Assembly: GCA_965203175.1 (NCBI GenBank)
Contig: OZ241867.1
Location: 4,576,001-4,640,000, forward strand
DNA length: 64,000 nucleotides
Source of the DNA: Candidatus Latescibacterota bacterium
Lineage (GTDB): Bacteria; Latescibacterota; UBA2968; UBA8231
Reading direction: 5' to 3'
Part shown: one piece after another, positions 9,687 to 18,723 of the stretch
How positions within the stretch are numbered: the first letter of the stretch is position 1
Layout of the letters: every line of letters starts with the position of its first letter
The notes under the pieces: model-generated
Databases searched by the model: none
Told to the model about the DNA's origin: nothing
The model's input: the letters and a program-made list of their open reading frames with translations, nothing else
Program-made: the position numbers and the translations under genes

Positions 9687-10505
9687 ATGAAACGCATTCT
9701 CATCCCTTTCATCGCCCTATTCCTTGCCTCCTGCACCAATAAGGAGCAGGAGATGCTCCTCCTCCAATTACAAAGCGACATGGGCCGCGCCAACGCCGCT
9801 ATTGACTCGCTGACGTACTCGCTCGACGATTCCAACCGCTTGCTCGACGACATGCGGGCACAAGTTGACAGCACCCAACAGGTTAACGACAAGCTGCTCA
9901 AAAACGTGCAAAAGCTCAATAAAGAACTGCGGCACTGGAGTAAACTGGCCACCGAATACAAGCAGAGCAATGAGCGATTAAAGCTCGAAATTGAGCAGCT
10001 AAGAAGGGAAAAGCAAGCGGACCGCTACACTATTTCCCAGCTGCGCGCCGAGACCGACCGCCTCAATGGCGAACTGCTGGAAACCCATAGTAGCATCCGT
10101 CGCCAGAGCGATCACATCCGCCGCTTAGAGCAAGAGTTGGCCCAGACCAAGGCCGAACTGGACGAGGCCAAGAAAGCCGCGCAAAACGCAGTGTACCTCT
10201 ATGCTGCCAACGAGACGCAGCTCGTAGAGCAGGGCTATCTCAAAACCTACCGCCCCTTTGGCAGCGGATTTCGCAAGCAGTACGAGTTGGTAAAACAGAT
10301 CCGTCGCGACAACCCGGGTACCCAAGTCGCGCCCATTGGCCAAACCATCACGCTACCAGGAGAAGTCGAGGCCCTCGTCGATCACTACGGTAAGCTCAGG
10401 AAGGGGGACGACTACGAAATGACACTTGGCGAAGCTGGAGTGCAGGTCGCGTTCCTCAACGAGTTGGCCGGTGGCACAGGCGTCTTGGCGATACTTAAGG
10501 AATAA
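9687..10505 (+). CDS. Coiled-coil lipoprotein with a C-terminal globular domain
   Basis: AAGGAG RBS, MKRILIPFIALFLASC lipobox, heptad-rich region of about 150 aa, then NAVYLYAANETQLVEQGYL. Confidence 0.8.
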   Translation: MKRILIPFIALFLASCTNKEQEMLLLQLQSDMGRANAAIDSLTYSLDDSNRLLDDMRAQVDSTQQVNDKLLKNVQKLNKELRHWSKLATEYKQSNERLKLEIEQLRREKQADRYTISQLRAETDRLNGELLETHSSIRRQSDHIRRLEQELAQTKAELDEAKKAAQNAVYLYAANETQLVEQGYLKTYRPFGSGFRKQYELVKQIRRDNPGTQVAPIGQTITLPGEVEALVDHYGKLRKGDDYEMTLGEAGVQVAFLNELAGGTGVLAILKE

Positions 10506-10515
10506 GCTTGGGGCC

Positions 10516-10935
10516 TCACCAAGTATGGACGTAAACCGCCGAGCGCACCTTCTCCCCGGCTTGGTCGGTCGAGAGCAGTGAGTCGGCAAACGACGCGTGT
10601 TTGGCCAGCCGCTCGCGGCTACCCCCTTTGAGAAACAAGTGCAAACTAGCTTCGGGCTCGGCAGCGAGACGGCGTACCATCCGGCGAAACTCCCACTCGC
10701 TCAAAGGGCTGTCGATGGTGTAGCCATCGCGCGATAGCCCCACGCTCGCGCTCGTGTACAGTACGACCCGATCCCCAGGCTGTGGGTCGTGGCGATGTAC
10801 CCGCCAGACCGGTTGCGTCACGTTGAGAATCATAATACCCAAGCTCAACATCAGCATCATAATGCCCAAGAAGAGTTCCTTGCTAATATCGTGCTCTTCG
10901 AGCTCGGCGGCTTGGCGTTTGAGATAGCGGCTCAC
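10516..10935 (-). CDS. Divergent ExbD/TolR-like single-TM protein
   Basis: Acidic N-tail, HDISKELFLGIMMLML TM helix, small periplasmic domain. Start overlaps the stop of the ExbB-like gene by 4 bp. Confidence 0.6.
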   Translation of the reverse strand: MSRYLKRQAAELEEHDISKELFLGIMMLMLSLGIMILNVTQPVWRVHRHDPQPGDRVVLYTSASVGLSRDGYTIDSPLSEWEFRRMVRRLAAEPEASLHLFLKGGSRERLAKHASFADSLLSTDQAGEKVRSAVYVHTW

Positions 10936-11717
10936 AATTTTCTATTCCTCTCTCTGACCCAAGCGTCCTCCTGCCGGGAGAGCCGCTGGACTAAGTAGTC
11001 GGCGATCTTGCGCAACGGCAAGTAGGCTAAGAGGCCGACGAGCGTGGTTTTAAAGGCCAAAACCAAGCCCTCGGCCATGGCGCTGAGTGCCTTAAAGGTC
11101 TGGGTCGCCTCGTCGATCTGACTCAATTCCTGCGCGGTCAGCAGTATGCCGCAGACCGTACCCAAGTAGCCGTACAGAGGGATCCTTGTCAGATCGCGGC
11201 GCACGTGCGTCAAAGGGTCGCCGAGAAAACCCACGAGTTCGTCCACCAACTCCTCGTCTCTGCTCTTGAGGTCGCTGTAGCTGGCGGATTGGCGCTGCAA
11301 TTCTGCTAGCTGTTCCATTCTCTGGCGGCCCAAGGTGTTGGAGCCGGGACCGCCGCGCCGCGCCCAAGCTCGCTCCTCGCGACGGAGGTGCAAGCTAATG
11401 TGTGCCAAGCTCAACAGATGACCTCCAGCCGACCAAGCGATCAGCACGTATGAGAAGCGGCCAATCCACGCAAAGGGGCTGGCTAGCTGCGGGTTTACGA
11501 AGAGGTAATAAGCGGGCAGTGCCCCGACGATCAACCCGGTCAGCAAGCCTATACAGCTAGCGAGGTACTGCAGGCGTGGCAAGTTCAGAGAGTACGCTTC
11601 GTCGTGCCGGCGCATGCGCCGGGCTCGTCGTAAGTGCAAACAGCTAACGGTGACGCCGCCGGCCAGCACCAACAGGATGCTGCTGACTAATACTAATTCG
11701 TCGTTCAAGAGGTCCAT
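10932..11717 (-). CDS. MotA/TolQ/ExbB proton channel family protein
   Basis: IPLYGYLGTVCGI and GLVLAFKTTLVGL motifs, plus extra N-terminal TM helices. Confidence 0.8.
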   Translation of the reverse strand: MDLLNDELVLVSSILLVLAGGVTVSCLHLRRARRMRRHDEAYSLNLPRLQYLASCIGLLTGLIVGALPAYYLFVNPQLASPFAWIGRFSYVLIAWSAGGHLLSLAHISLHLRREERAWARRGGPGSNTLGRQRMEQLAELQRQSASYSDLKSRDEELVDELVGFLGDPLTHVRRDLTRIPLYGYLGTVCGILLTAQELSQIDEATQTFKALSAMAEGLVLAFKTTLVGLLAYLPLRKIADYLVQRLSRQEDAWVRERNRKL

Positions 11718-12913
11718 CCCTTCGCACTCAAGAGCTTCCACCATTGCCGACTCACCACTCCCAGATAAAACAGCAGGCCAGTCGCAATCCCCCACAGTTC
11801 CCACGGCGCGTTGCGGCCGATGTGGATGCCCCGAGCGGACGATTCCTGTCCGCCCATTCCCGTAGCGCGGCCTTCGCCTTTGGCTGAACCGCGTGCAGCT
11901 GGAGGTACGTAATCTCGGCGGCGATCTGCTTCTCCGCGCGCAGTGCTGGCCACAGCGCGCTGCGGCACGACGTGGCTCACGCCTTTAAGAGCTTGTTTTT
12001 TGGGGAAAACCAACTCGCGTTGCGCAGCGGGCAGTGCCTCGGTCCAAGCGAGTAGTTTTTTCGCCGCGTCTATGCTTTCGATTTCGGCCAATTTGTCCGC
12101 TTTCCCGAGGGAAAAAGCCAGCCGTCCGCGGACAGATCCCTGATAGAGCACGTCTGGTGCTGCGCTGCGACGCGCTTGGAGTTTTTGCGCTAATTCGTCG
12201 CGTTGCTTTTGCAAATGCACCAGACGGCTGACGACCATGTGAGTCTCCATAGGCTGGTGCTGCGCCGCTCCGGCCGCGTCCGCACCGGTGAGCGGCCGTC
12301 GCCGTGCAGCTCGGGCCAATTGCGCGGCGTCAAAGCGGGCCTCTAATTCGACTTCGCCAAACAGCGTCATCCCCCAGATGACTTCGGCTCCGGGAATGTC
12401 GGGCAAGCTGTGGTTGTAAAAACGCGGCTCGGCCCGCTGGCCATCCACCCACCAGCGGCCATCGCCAGTAGCCAGCACCTTGCGCAATCGACCGCGACCA
12501 TCTTGCAAGTACAAACCAGCCATAAAGCCACTCTCGACTCGGTCGGTGTCCCAGCAATGGGCGCGTAGGATATTGGAGCTGAGCAGATACACAACGGGAA
12601 TTTCGACTCGGATTGGGGTCAAGCGCGTCTCCCCGATCCGGTGCCCATTGAGGAACAGCTCTGCTTCATCGTCAGCCCAGAAAATCAGTACCAGTTTGGA
12701 ATTGGCTGGCAATAGCCGGCTGTTTTCTTTGCGCTTTGCCAATTCGCGCAGCTTATCCCCCCCATAGAGGCGGACTAAGGTGTCGATGCTGGCGGACACT
12801 TGGTTGTACTGTTGTCTGAGTGCCACCACGTCATCGGCCGCAGCGGCTGTGCTCCAACCGACTCCGCACGCCGTCCAAGCCAACCAACGCATCCATCGCG
12901 CACAGCCGCTCAT
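11705..12913 (-). CDS. Secreted protein with a jelly-roll/lectin-like domain, coiled coils and a C-terminal membrane anchor
   Basis: Signal peptide (…STAAAA), FWADDEAELFLNG…NILRAHCWD…GFMAGL, C-terminal TM WELWGIATGLLFYLGVV. Confidence 0.65.
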   Translation of the reverse strand: MSGCARWMRWLAWTACGVGWSTAAAADDVVALRQQYNQVSASIDTLVRLYGGDKLRELAKRKENSRLLPANSKLVLIFWADDEAELFLNGHRIGETRLTPIRVEIPVVYLLSSNILRAHCWDTDRVESGFMAGLYLQDGRGRLRKVLATGDGRWWVDGQRAEPRFYNHSLPDIPGAEVIWGMTLFGEVELEARFDAAQLARAARRRPLTGADAAGAAQHQPMETHMVVSRLVHLQKQRDELAQKLQARRSAAPDVLYQGSVRGRLAFSLGKADKLAEIESIDAAKKLLAWTEALPAAQRELVFPKKQALKGVSHVVPQRAVASTARGEADRRRDYVPPAARGSAKGEGRATGMGGQESSARGIHIGRNAPWELWGIATGLLFYLGVVSRQWWKLLSAKGWTS

Positions 12914-13680
12914 ATATTGGACTTGGATTGCCCCCCATCGACATTGATACAAGCACCGGTCACCCACTGCGCCCGATCGGACGCCAAAAAGGCCACGACA
13001 TCGGCGACCTCTTCTGGGGTACCAAAGCGGCCAAAGGGTATGTTGGCGTCGATAAATGCCTGGATTTGTGCTGGGTTCTCCTTCATTCGCCGCTCCCAAC
13101 TCCCCCCGGGAAAGAGAATGGAGCCCGGAGCCACGGTATTGACGCGGATATTCTTTTTCGCCGCTTCAATGGCTAGGTTGGCCCCTAGGCTAATCAGTGC
13201 CGCTTTAGCGGCATTATACGAGATAGGTCCACCGGCTTCGCGGCCAAAGATTGAAGAAATGTGGACGATGCTGCCGCCCCCACGCGCTTCCATCAAGGGA
13301 ATCGCCGCCCGACTCACCCGCACGGCCGAAAGAAAGCTCAAGTTGATGATTTCGTTCCACTCGGCATCGTCGATCTCGACAAAGGAGGTCCACTTCGATC
13401 CGCCGACATTGTTTACGAGAATATCGAGCCCGCCAAAGCGATTTTTTGCAGCCTCCACCACAGCGATCGCACCTTCCGGTGTAGTCACATCTTGCGCGAT
13501 CTCCTCCACCTCTGCACCTCTATTTGCTAAGTCGGCAGCCGCTTCCGCCAGCGCGTCGGCACCGCGCGCGCAGATACAGAGCCGGGCACCCTCGGCGGCC
13601 AAGGCCGCGGCGATGCGCTTGCCAATGCCACGGCTAGCTCCGGTCACTAAGGCGATTTTGTCTTTGAGTTCTAGATCCAA
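12910..13680 (-). CDS. SDR family oxidoreductase
   Basis: LVTGASRGIG, LVNNVG, YNAAK, GRFGTPEEVA. TTG start after AGGAG. Confidence 0.92.
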   Translation of the reverse strand: MDLELKDKIALVTGASRGIGKRIAAALAAEGARLCICARGADALAEAAADLANRGAEVEEIAQDVTTPEGAIAVVEAAKNRFGGLDILVNNVGGSKWTSFVEIDDAEWNEIINLSFLSAVRVSRAAIPLMEARGGGSIVHISSIFGREAGGPISYNAAKAALISLGANLAIEAAKKNIRVNTVAPGSILFPGGSWERRMKENPAQIQAFIDANIPFGRFGTPEEVADVVAFLASDRAQWVTGACINVDGGQSKSNI

Positions 13681-13691
13681 ACTACACTCCT

Positions 13692-14669
13692 TTACTCCAT
13701 GCCCGGAGCCAGTGCTCCGGGGTTGGTCGCGAAAAGCGCGATCAAATAAGCAATGCACAACGCCAACAACACCAAGCCCTTCCAGCGGTTTAACTCGTAG
13801 CCTAAGCGCATCAACCCGAGCATCGTCAGCACGATCGCCAGCATCCACGGGAACATGAAATTGACCACGTTGGCCGGAACCACCAGCGGATTGGCCAGGG
13901 CCGAAGCGCCGGCAATCCAGCAGATATTGAGGATGTCGGCTCCGAGGATGTTGCCCACCGCCAAGGCCCCTTGGCCCTTGCGGGCGGCGACAATGCAGGT
14001 GGCGACCTCGGGTATCGAAGTGCCCAAGGCCACAACCACCAAGCCTATGACCACATTCGGCAGTCCCAATGCCTCCCCTACCACCGGGGTGGCCTCGACG
14101 ATAAAGTGGCTGCTGACGACCACCCCAGCCAAACCGCCGACGAATAGTAAGGCGACCAGCCAGAGGCTGCGCGAGGGGGCTTCCTCTTCGACTATCTCGG
14201 CGCGCGGTCGCCGCTTCTGCTCCCAGAACGAGTATATCAGGTATAGGACAAAAAGACCCACCAACGCGCCGCCTTCCACCCGGGCTAGCGTCCCATCGAA
14301 AGCCATGTACCAAGCCACTAGATCTACGGTGATGAGAAAGATCGCTGCCGAGCGCAGCACGATGCGGTCGATGGCGATGGCCGTAGTGGCAAAAAGCGCA
14401 GCCATGGGCAGAGCCAAGCCATCGTCGTAAATAACCGACCCTACGGCATTGCCCAGTGCCACTTCGGGCGAATCCCTAAGGGCGGCGGTCACGGAGACCG
14501 CCAGTTCGGGCGCGGTAGTGCCAAGGCCGACGATGACGATGCCGATCAAAATCGGCGGAGCGTGGAGGTAGCGCGCAATATCAATGGCTCCCTCCACCAG
14601 ATAGTCGGCACATTTGGCCAACAGCACGAAGGATAGGGCCATCAGGCCCACTGCCTCCCATACCCCCAT
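13692..14669 (-). CDS. Calcium/sodium antiporter (YrbG/CaCA family)
   Basis: Two alpha-repeats: GTTAPEL…GNAVGS and GTSIPEV…GNILGA. Confidence 0.92.
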   Translation of the reverse strand: MGVWEAVGLMALSFVLLAKCADYLVEGAIDIARYLHAPPILIGIVIVGLGTTAPELAVSVTAALRDSPEVALGNAVGSVIYDDGLALPMAALFATTAIAIDRIVLRSAAIFLITVDLVAWYMAFDGTLARVEGGALVGLFVLYLIYSFWEQKRRPRAEIVEEEAPSRSLWLVALLFVGGLAGVVVSSHFIVEATPVVGEALGLPNVVIGLVVVALGTSIPEVATCIVAARKGQGALAVGNILGADILNICWIAGASALANPLVVPANVVNFMFPWMLAIVLTMLGLMRLGYELNRWKGLVLLALCIAYLIALFATNPGALAPGME

Positions 14670-14690
14670 AGTTTTAGCTCTTGGCCGTCC

Positions 14691-15563
14691 TCACGGCGCG
14701 TCTAAGTAGGAAGACAAGAGGCGCTCGGCGTTTTGGTAGGCGATCTTGTCAAAAGCTTCCGCAGGTAGCTCAAGGGTGCGCAGAAAATCCATCAGCTGGG
14801 AGTCAAAGTAGTCCCGACCAAAGAGCAATTTGTCCTGAAATTCGAGGAGAAAATTGCGCCCGAAGTCCCGATCCCTTTGCAGCGCGCGCAAACCCGACCC
14901 GGCCGACAGGTCGGCATATAGGTTGGGGTATTGGCGCATCATTGGGGCCAAGCGTCCATTGGGCAGCACCGGCCCGCGCGGGTAGCTCTCCTTGTCGTAG
15001 CGATCATCTCCGGAAATATGGGCCCAGAACCCAGGAGCATGGCCGATAAAGACCGTCTGTGGACAGGCTGCAATCGCTCGTTCAAGCGCGTCGAGGCTGC
15101 CACCGTACCACCAGTTGGGGCGAGGATAAGCGCCGCGGCCGTGGTCAATTGGATAGTCGAGATGGATCGTAATGGGCAAGCGCATCTCACCACAAGCATC
15201 GTACAGGCGCAGCGCATCTGGATCGTCAAACGGAAGGCGCACCTTCAGCTCGGAGGCAACCTGCACGCCGTGAATTTCGACTGCGGCCTTGAGCCGATCT
15301 ATGGCGTCGGGACGCTTGGGATGCGGCATGTAGCCGAGAACAAAGCGATCAGGCGCTTCTCTGCCGACGGCCAACACATCTTCAAAGGGAATCCCCGAGC
15401 CCGTAGGGGGCAACACCGAGTGATACGCAGGCGAGTATTCATCTACAGGGACCTCCCACGAGAAAAGCCACATTTGGTCGATGCCCTGCTCGTCCATGTT
15501 GCGCAGGATTTTGGCGGCGTTAAAGCCGTGCCAATTGGGGTGATTATGCGCGTCAATAAGCAT
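14691..15563 (-). CDS. Amidohydrolase family protein
   Basis: IDAHNH, IGHAPGFW, LYADLSA, LLFGRDY. Confidence 0.88.
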   Translation of the reverse strand: MLIDAHNHPNWHGFNAAKILRNMDEQGIDQMWLFSWEVPVDEYSPAYHSVLPPTGSGIPFEDVLAVGREAPDRFVLGYMPHPKRPDAIDRLKAAVEIHGVQVASELKVRLPFDDPDALRLYDACGEMRLPITIHLDYPIDHGRGAYPRPNWWYGGSLDALERAIAACPQTVFIGHAPGFWAHISGDDRYDKESYPRGPVLPNGRLAPMMRQYPNLYADLSAGSGLRALQRDRDFGRNFLLEFQDKLLFGRDYFDSQLMDFLRTLELPAEAFDKIAYQNAERLLSSYLDAP

Positions 15564-15569
15564 TTGTTA

Positions 15570-15598
15570 ATGATATTCTTGCAAGCGAAAACTGTCAA
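15570..15598 (-). promoter_or_regulatory. sigma70 promoter, probably giving a leaderless mRNA
   Basis: TTGACA-17 nt-TATCAT ends 6 nt before ATG 15563; no RBS. Confidence 0.6.
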
Positions 15599-15625
15599 GA
15601 TAAAGTGAGCTTTATCTATTGTTTT

Positions 15626-15684
15626 TATTAATAATTATTCTTGATAAATAATTTTTATTCATTAAATTATTTATCCTATTCACA
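15626..15684. promoter_or_regulatory. Tandem ARG-box-like operator upstream of argG
   Basis: TTAATAATTATTCT (12/14 match to TGAATAATTATTCA), ATAATTTTTATTCA and ATTTATCCTATTCA at 20-21 bp spacing. Confidence 0.5.
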
Positions 15685-15704
15685 AAAGCGCAAAAGGAGC
15701 AACC

Positions 15705-16964
15705 ATGAACATCGCAGATCTAAAGAGTCAAAAGGTCATGCTAGCCGCATCCGGTGGCCTCGATAGCTGTACCATCACCCATTGGCTTCAATCGCAAGGG
15801 CTAGAGGTTGTCGCCTATACCGCCGATCTGGGGCAACCCGACGAGGAGCGCATTGAAGACATACGGAGCCGGATGCAGGCTTGTGGAGCCGCTGAGATGA
15901 TTCTCGACGACCGCAGAGAGGCTATTTGCCAAGCTGGCATCCAACTTGTCCAAACTCAGGCCCGCTACGAGGGGGGCTATTGGAACACTACTGGCATCGC
16001 CCGGCACGTGACGGTGGCCGGCATGTTGCCCCACATGCAAGAACGCGGCATCCAAATAATGGCGCACGGAGCAACCGGACGCGGCAACGATCAAGTCCGC
16101 TTCCAACTAGCGGCGCAAATGCTCGCGCCACACATCGAGGTGTACGCTCCCTGGCGCGACCCGGCTTTCTTGCAAAATTTTGGTGGGCGCAGCGAGATGA
16201 TCGCCTACTGCCAGGAGCACGGCTTGCCCATAACTGCCACCCAGGATAAACCCTATTCTACGGATGCCAATATGCTCGGTCTGACGCACGAAGCTGGCCA
16301 GCTCGAAGCCCTAGATACCGCGGCCAGCCTCATCTCACCTGGTATGGGTTGTTTTCCGCAGCAGGCTCCGGATACCGCCGAGACTTTTACCGTGCGCCTT
16401 GAACGAGGTGTCCCAATCGCCATCAACGGCCACGCCGTCGGCCCGATCACAGCCATCGAGCAAAGCAACGCCATTGCCGGGCGGCACGGGGTCGGCATTG
16501 GCTTACACGCGGTAGAAAATCGCTTCGTTGGCATCAAGTCGCGCGGCGTCTATGAAGCACCAGCCCTAGAGCTACTCGGCCAGTGCTACGATTACTTGCT
16601 CCAACTCATTCTCGATCGCCGTGCGAGACGGATTTTCACCGTTGTCTCTGGATTTATTGCCGAGCAAATCTACCAAGGCTATTGGTTTGACACGGCGACT
16701 CAAGCGAGTTGGAAGCTCATTGAGCATTTTAATCAATTGGCGACTGGGACCATCTCCGTCTCGCTCTACAAAGGCCAAGTCGCCTTTTGCGCGGCCAGCG
16801 ACGTCCCCCACTCGCTCTACAGCGAGGACACCGCTTCCATGGAGGCCATCGGCGATTTCGACCACCGCGACTCCGAGGGCTTCCTCGGCGTCTTGGGCGT
16901 CAGCGCCCGCGCACTTCATCAGGCTGGGCAGGTTGTGCAACCCAATGGCGATACAGCAGCTTGA
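15705..16964 (+). CDS. argG: Argininosuccinate synthase
   Basis: LAASGGLDS, HGATGRGNDQVRF, YSTDANMLG, ENRFVGIKSRGVYEAP. Confidence 0.96.
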   Translation: MNIADLKSQKVMLAASGGLDSCTITHWLQSQGLEVVAYTADLGQPDEERIEDIRSRMQACGAAEMILDDRREAICQAGIQLVQTQARYEGGYWNTTGIARHVTVAGMLPHMQERGIQIMAHGATGRGNDQVRFQLAAQMLAPHIEVYAPWRDPAFLQNFGGRSEMIAYCQEHGLPITATQDKPYSTDANMLGLTHEAGQLEALDTAASLISPGMGCFPQQAPDTAETFTVRLERGVPIAINGHAVGPITAIEQSNAIAGRHGVGIGLHAVENRFVGIKSRGVYEAPALELLGQCYDYLLQLILDRRARRIFTVVSGFIAEQIYQGYWFDTATQASWKLIEHFNQLATGTISVSLYKGQVAFCAASDVPHSLYSEDTASMEAIGDFDHRDSEGFLGVLGVSARALHQAGQVVQPNGDTAA

Positions 16965-17769
16965 CCTCTTTGGGTAATCGGTCAAAAACTTCCCGTTCAA
17001 TCGGCACCATCTCGTAGTTTTTACCTCCGGTCTCCATCACCATCGCCTCGTGCTCAGGCCGGCCGATGAGCGTGGGGTTTAGGTTCAGCCACCAAGGGGC
17101 GTAGCGCACGATAAGGGCGACGCGATCGCTTTCGCTTTGGTTGGGAGCTACGGCGTGCCAAAGCCGGCTGTCGTACACCAAGACGCTGCCAGCCGCTCCT
17201 TCGATCTGGCACTCGGTCGGATAGGGCGCGTCCTGATCCATTTCGTGCATGTCCCCAGCCGCGGGATTGCGCGGCCAGCGATGACTGCCCGGCACCACGA
17301 AGGTCCCCCCTGTCTCAGGAGCAAACGGCGTCAGCATCCATATCGTCGAAAGATGCAGGACCGCGTTTGGGTACGGCGCGGGGATGTGCGAGGCGTTGGT
17401 GGAGTTGTAAGGCCAATCGGCGTGCCAATAGCCCCGCGCATTACCCGGGTGATTGACCACGCAGTCCGTGCAGGAAATCCGCGCCCACGCCCCGAAAAAA
17501 GACTCGACTACCTCTAGGAGCCGGCGGTCGGCTAAGTACGGAGCAAAGGATTGCACCTGATTGATGACTTGTTTGAACTGGGCCACGCCTGGGGTGCCGA
17601 TCCGGTGACCGCGGCGGCGAATTTCGGCCAATTTGGCGTCGGACTGCTGGCGATTGTGCTCGACCACAGCCGCCAGCTCGGCGCATATATCCCCGACTAG
17701 TGCCTTGGGAATCACTTGCTCGACGACGCAAAAGCCGTCGCGCTCGATGTGCTGTTTGTAGATAGTCAC
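16900..17769 (-). CDS. Phytanoyl-CoA dioxygenase (PhyH) family Fe/2OG enzyme
   Basis: WHAD, GGTFVVPGSH, LWHAVAPN..R. Confidence 0.9.
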   Translation of the reverse strand: MTIYKQHIERDGFCVVEQVIPKALVGDICAELAAVVEHNRQQSDAKLAEIRRRGHRIGTPGVAQFKQVINQVQSFAPYLADRRLLEVVESFFGAWARISCTDCVVNHPGNARGYWHADWPYNSTNASHIPAPYPNAVLHLSTIWMLTPFAPETGGTFVVPGSHRWPRNPAAGDMHEMDQDAPYPTECQIEGAAGSVLVYDSRLWHAVAPNQSESDRVALIVRYAPWWLNLNPTLIGRPEHEAMVMETGGKNYEMVPIEREVFDRLPKEVKLLYRHWVAQPAQPDEVRGR

Positions 17770-17770
17770 T

Positions 17771-18670
17771 TTACCCTCGGAAGAGTGGTGCGATGCCCGA
17801 CCAAATGATCTCCAACTCGGTCAGCGCGTCGCCGTCTAGGATAGGCACGGGTGCCCGGCAAACTGTAGAGCGAATCAACCCGCGCTTTTGCAAAATCCAC
17901 TTGTAGATCGCAATCCCATAGAGCCGCTCGTAGTTCATCAGCGGCAGGAGCTGATAGAAGTGCGCCCGCGCCGTCGCCTCGTCGCCTGCTTCGAGGGCAT
18001 CCCAGATCGACGCCATGGCGTCGGTCACGTGACAGCCCGGCATATTGCCGCAGGCACCGCGCCGATACTCATCGAGTAAATAAACGCCCCCTTTGCCACC
18101 CAATACGCCCTTGCAGGCCGCGCCCGCCAGCGCCAGCGTGCGGCTGACCTGCCAAGGTTCGGGAACGGTCTCTTCCTTTATATAATCGACGCCCGCTAAC
18201 TCGCGGCACATCCGCCCCAATAGCTCGCCGCTCATGGGCGTCCCGACCGGCGCGTCGAAATTCTGTATGCAGATCGGAACCTCAACCGCGTCTGCTAATT
18301 GCTGGTAAAAGGCGTAGCAGCCTTCTTGGTCAACGCGCAATACGTGCGGCGGCATGGACATGATCCCGTCGGCTCCCGCGGCTTGGGCGAACTGAGCGAG
18401 AGCCACGGCCGGTACGGCATGGCCGGAGGTGACGGAGGCCACTACGGGCACTCGACCATCAGCCGCGGCGACGACGATCTCGATCCAGCGGCGGCGTTCC
18501 TCGTCGGAAAGGGTCGAAAATTCGCTGGCATTGGCCGGTCCCACCAAGCCCGTGGCACCCGCTTCAATACTGAAGGCGACCAAATCCTGTAAAGCTCCTT
18601 CGTCGAGCGCGTAGCTATCGGTAAAGGGGGTCACCACAATCGGCATGATTCCGCGCCACGTTTCAGTCAT
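17771..18670 (-). CDS. Dihydrodipicolinate synthase family aldolase/dehydratase
   Basis: GIMPIVVTPF, SEFSTLSDEER, YIKEE Schiff-base Lys. Confidence 0.9.
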   Translation of the reverse strand: MTETWRGIMPIVVTPFTDSYALDEGALQDLVAFSIEAGATGLVGPANASEFSTLSDEERRRWIEIVVAAADGRVPVVASVTSGHAVPAVALAQFAQAAGADGIMSMPPHVLRVDQEGCYAFYQQLADAVEVPICIQNFDAPVGTPMSGELLGRMCRELAGVDYIKEETVPEPWQVSRTLALAGAACKGVLGGKGGVYLLDEYRRGACGNMPGCHVTDAMASIWDALEAGDEATARAHFYQLLPLMNYERLYGIAIYKWILQKRGLIRSTVCRAPVPILDGDALTELEIIWSGIAPLFRG

Positions 18671-18723
18671 GGGTATCTCCTTTTAGCCCCAGCAAAGCGG
18701 CTTCATAAATAGCGGTCGTAAAC

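Noticed and set aside
10516-11717. Zorya (ZorAB) or flagellar MotAB assignment
   Set aside because: There is no long ZorA tail, no OmpA-like peptidoglycan-binding domain in the partner, and no zorC/D/E or flagellar gene nearby.
12800-13858. 352-aa + strand ORF
   Set aside because: It is antisense to the SDR gene; long antisense ORFs are common in GC-rich DNA. The same applies to 2451-3317, 4873-5571 and 58431-59315.
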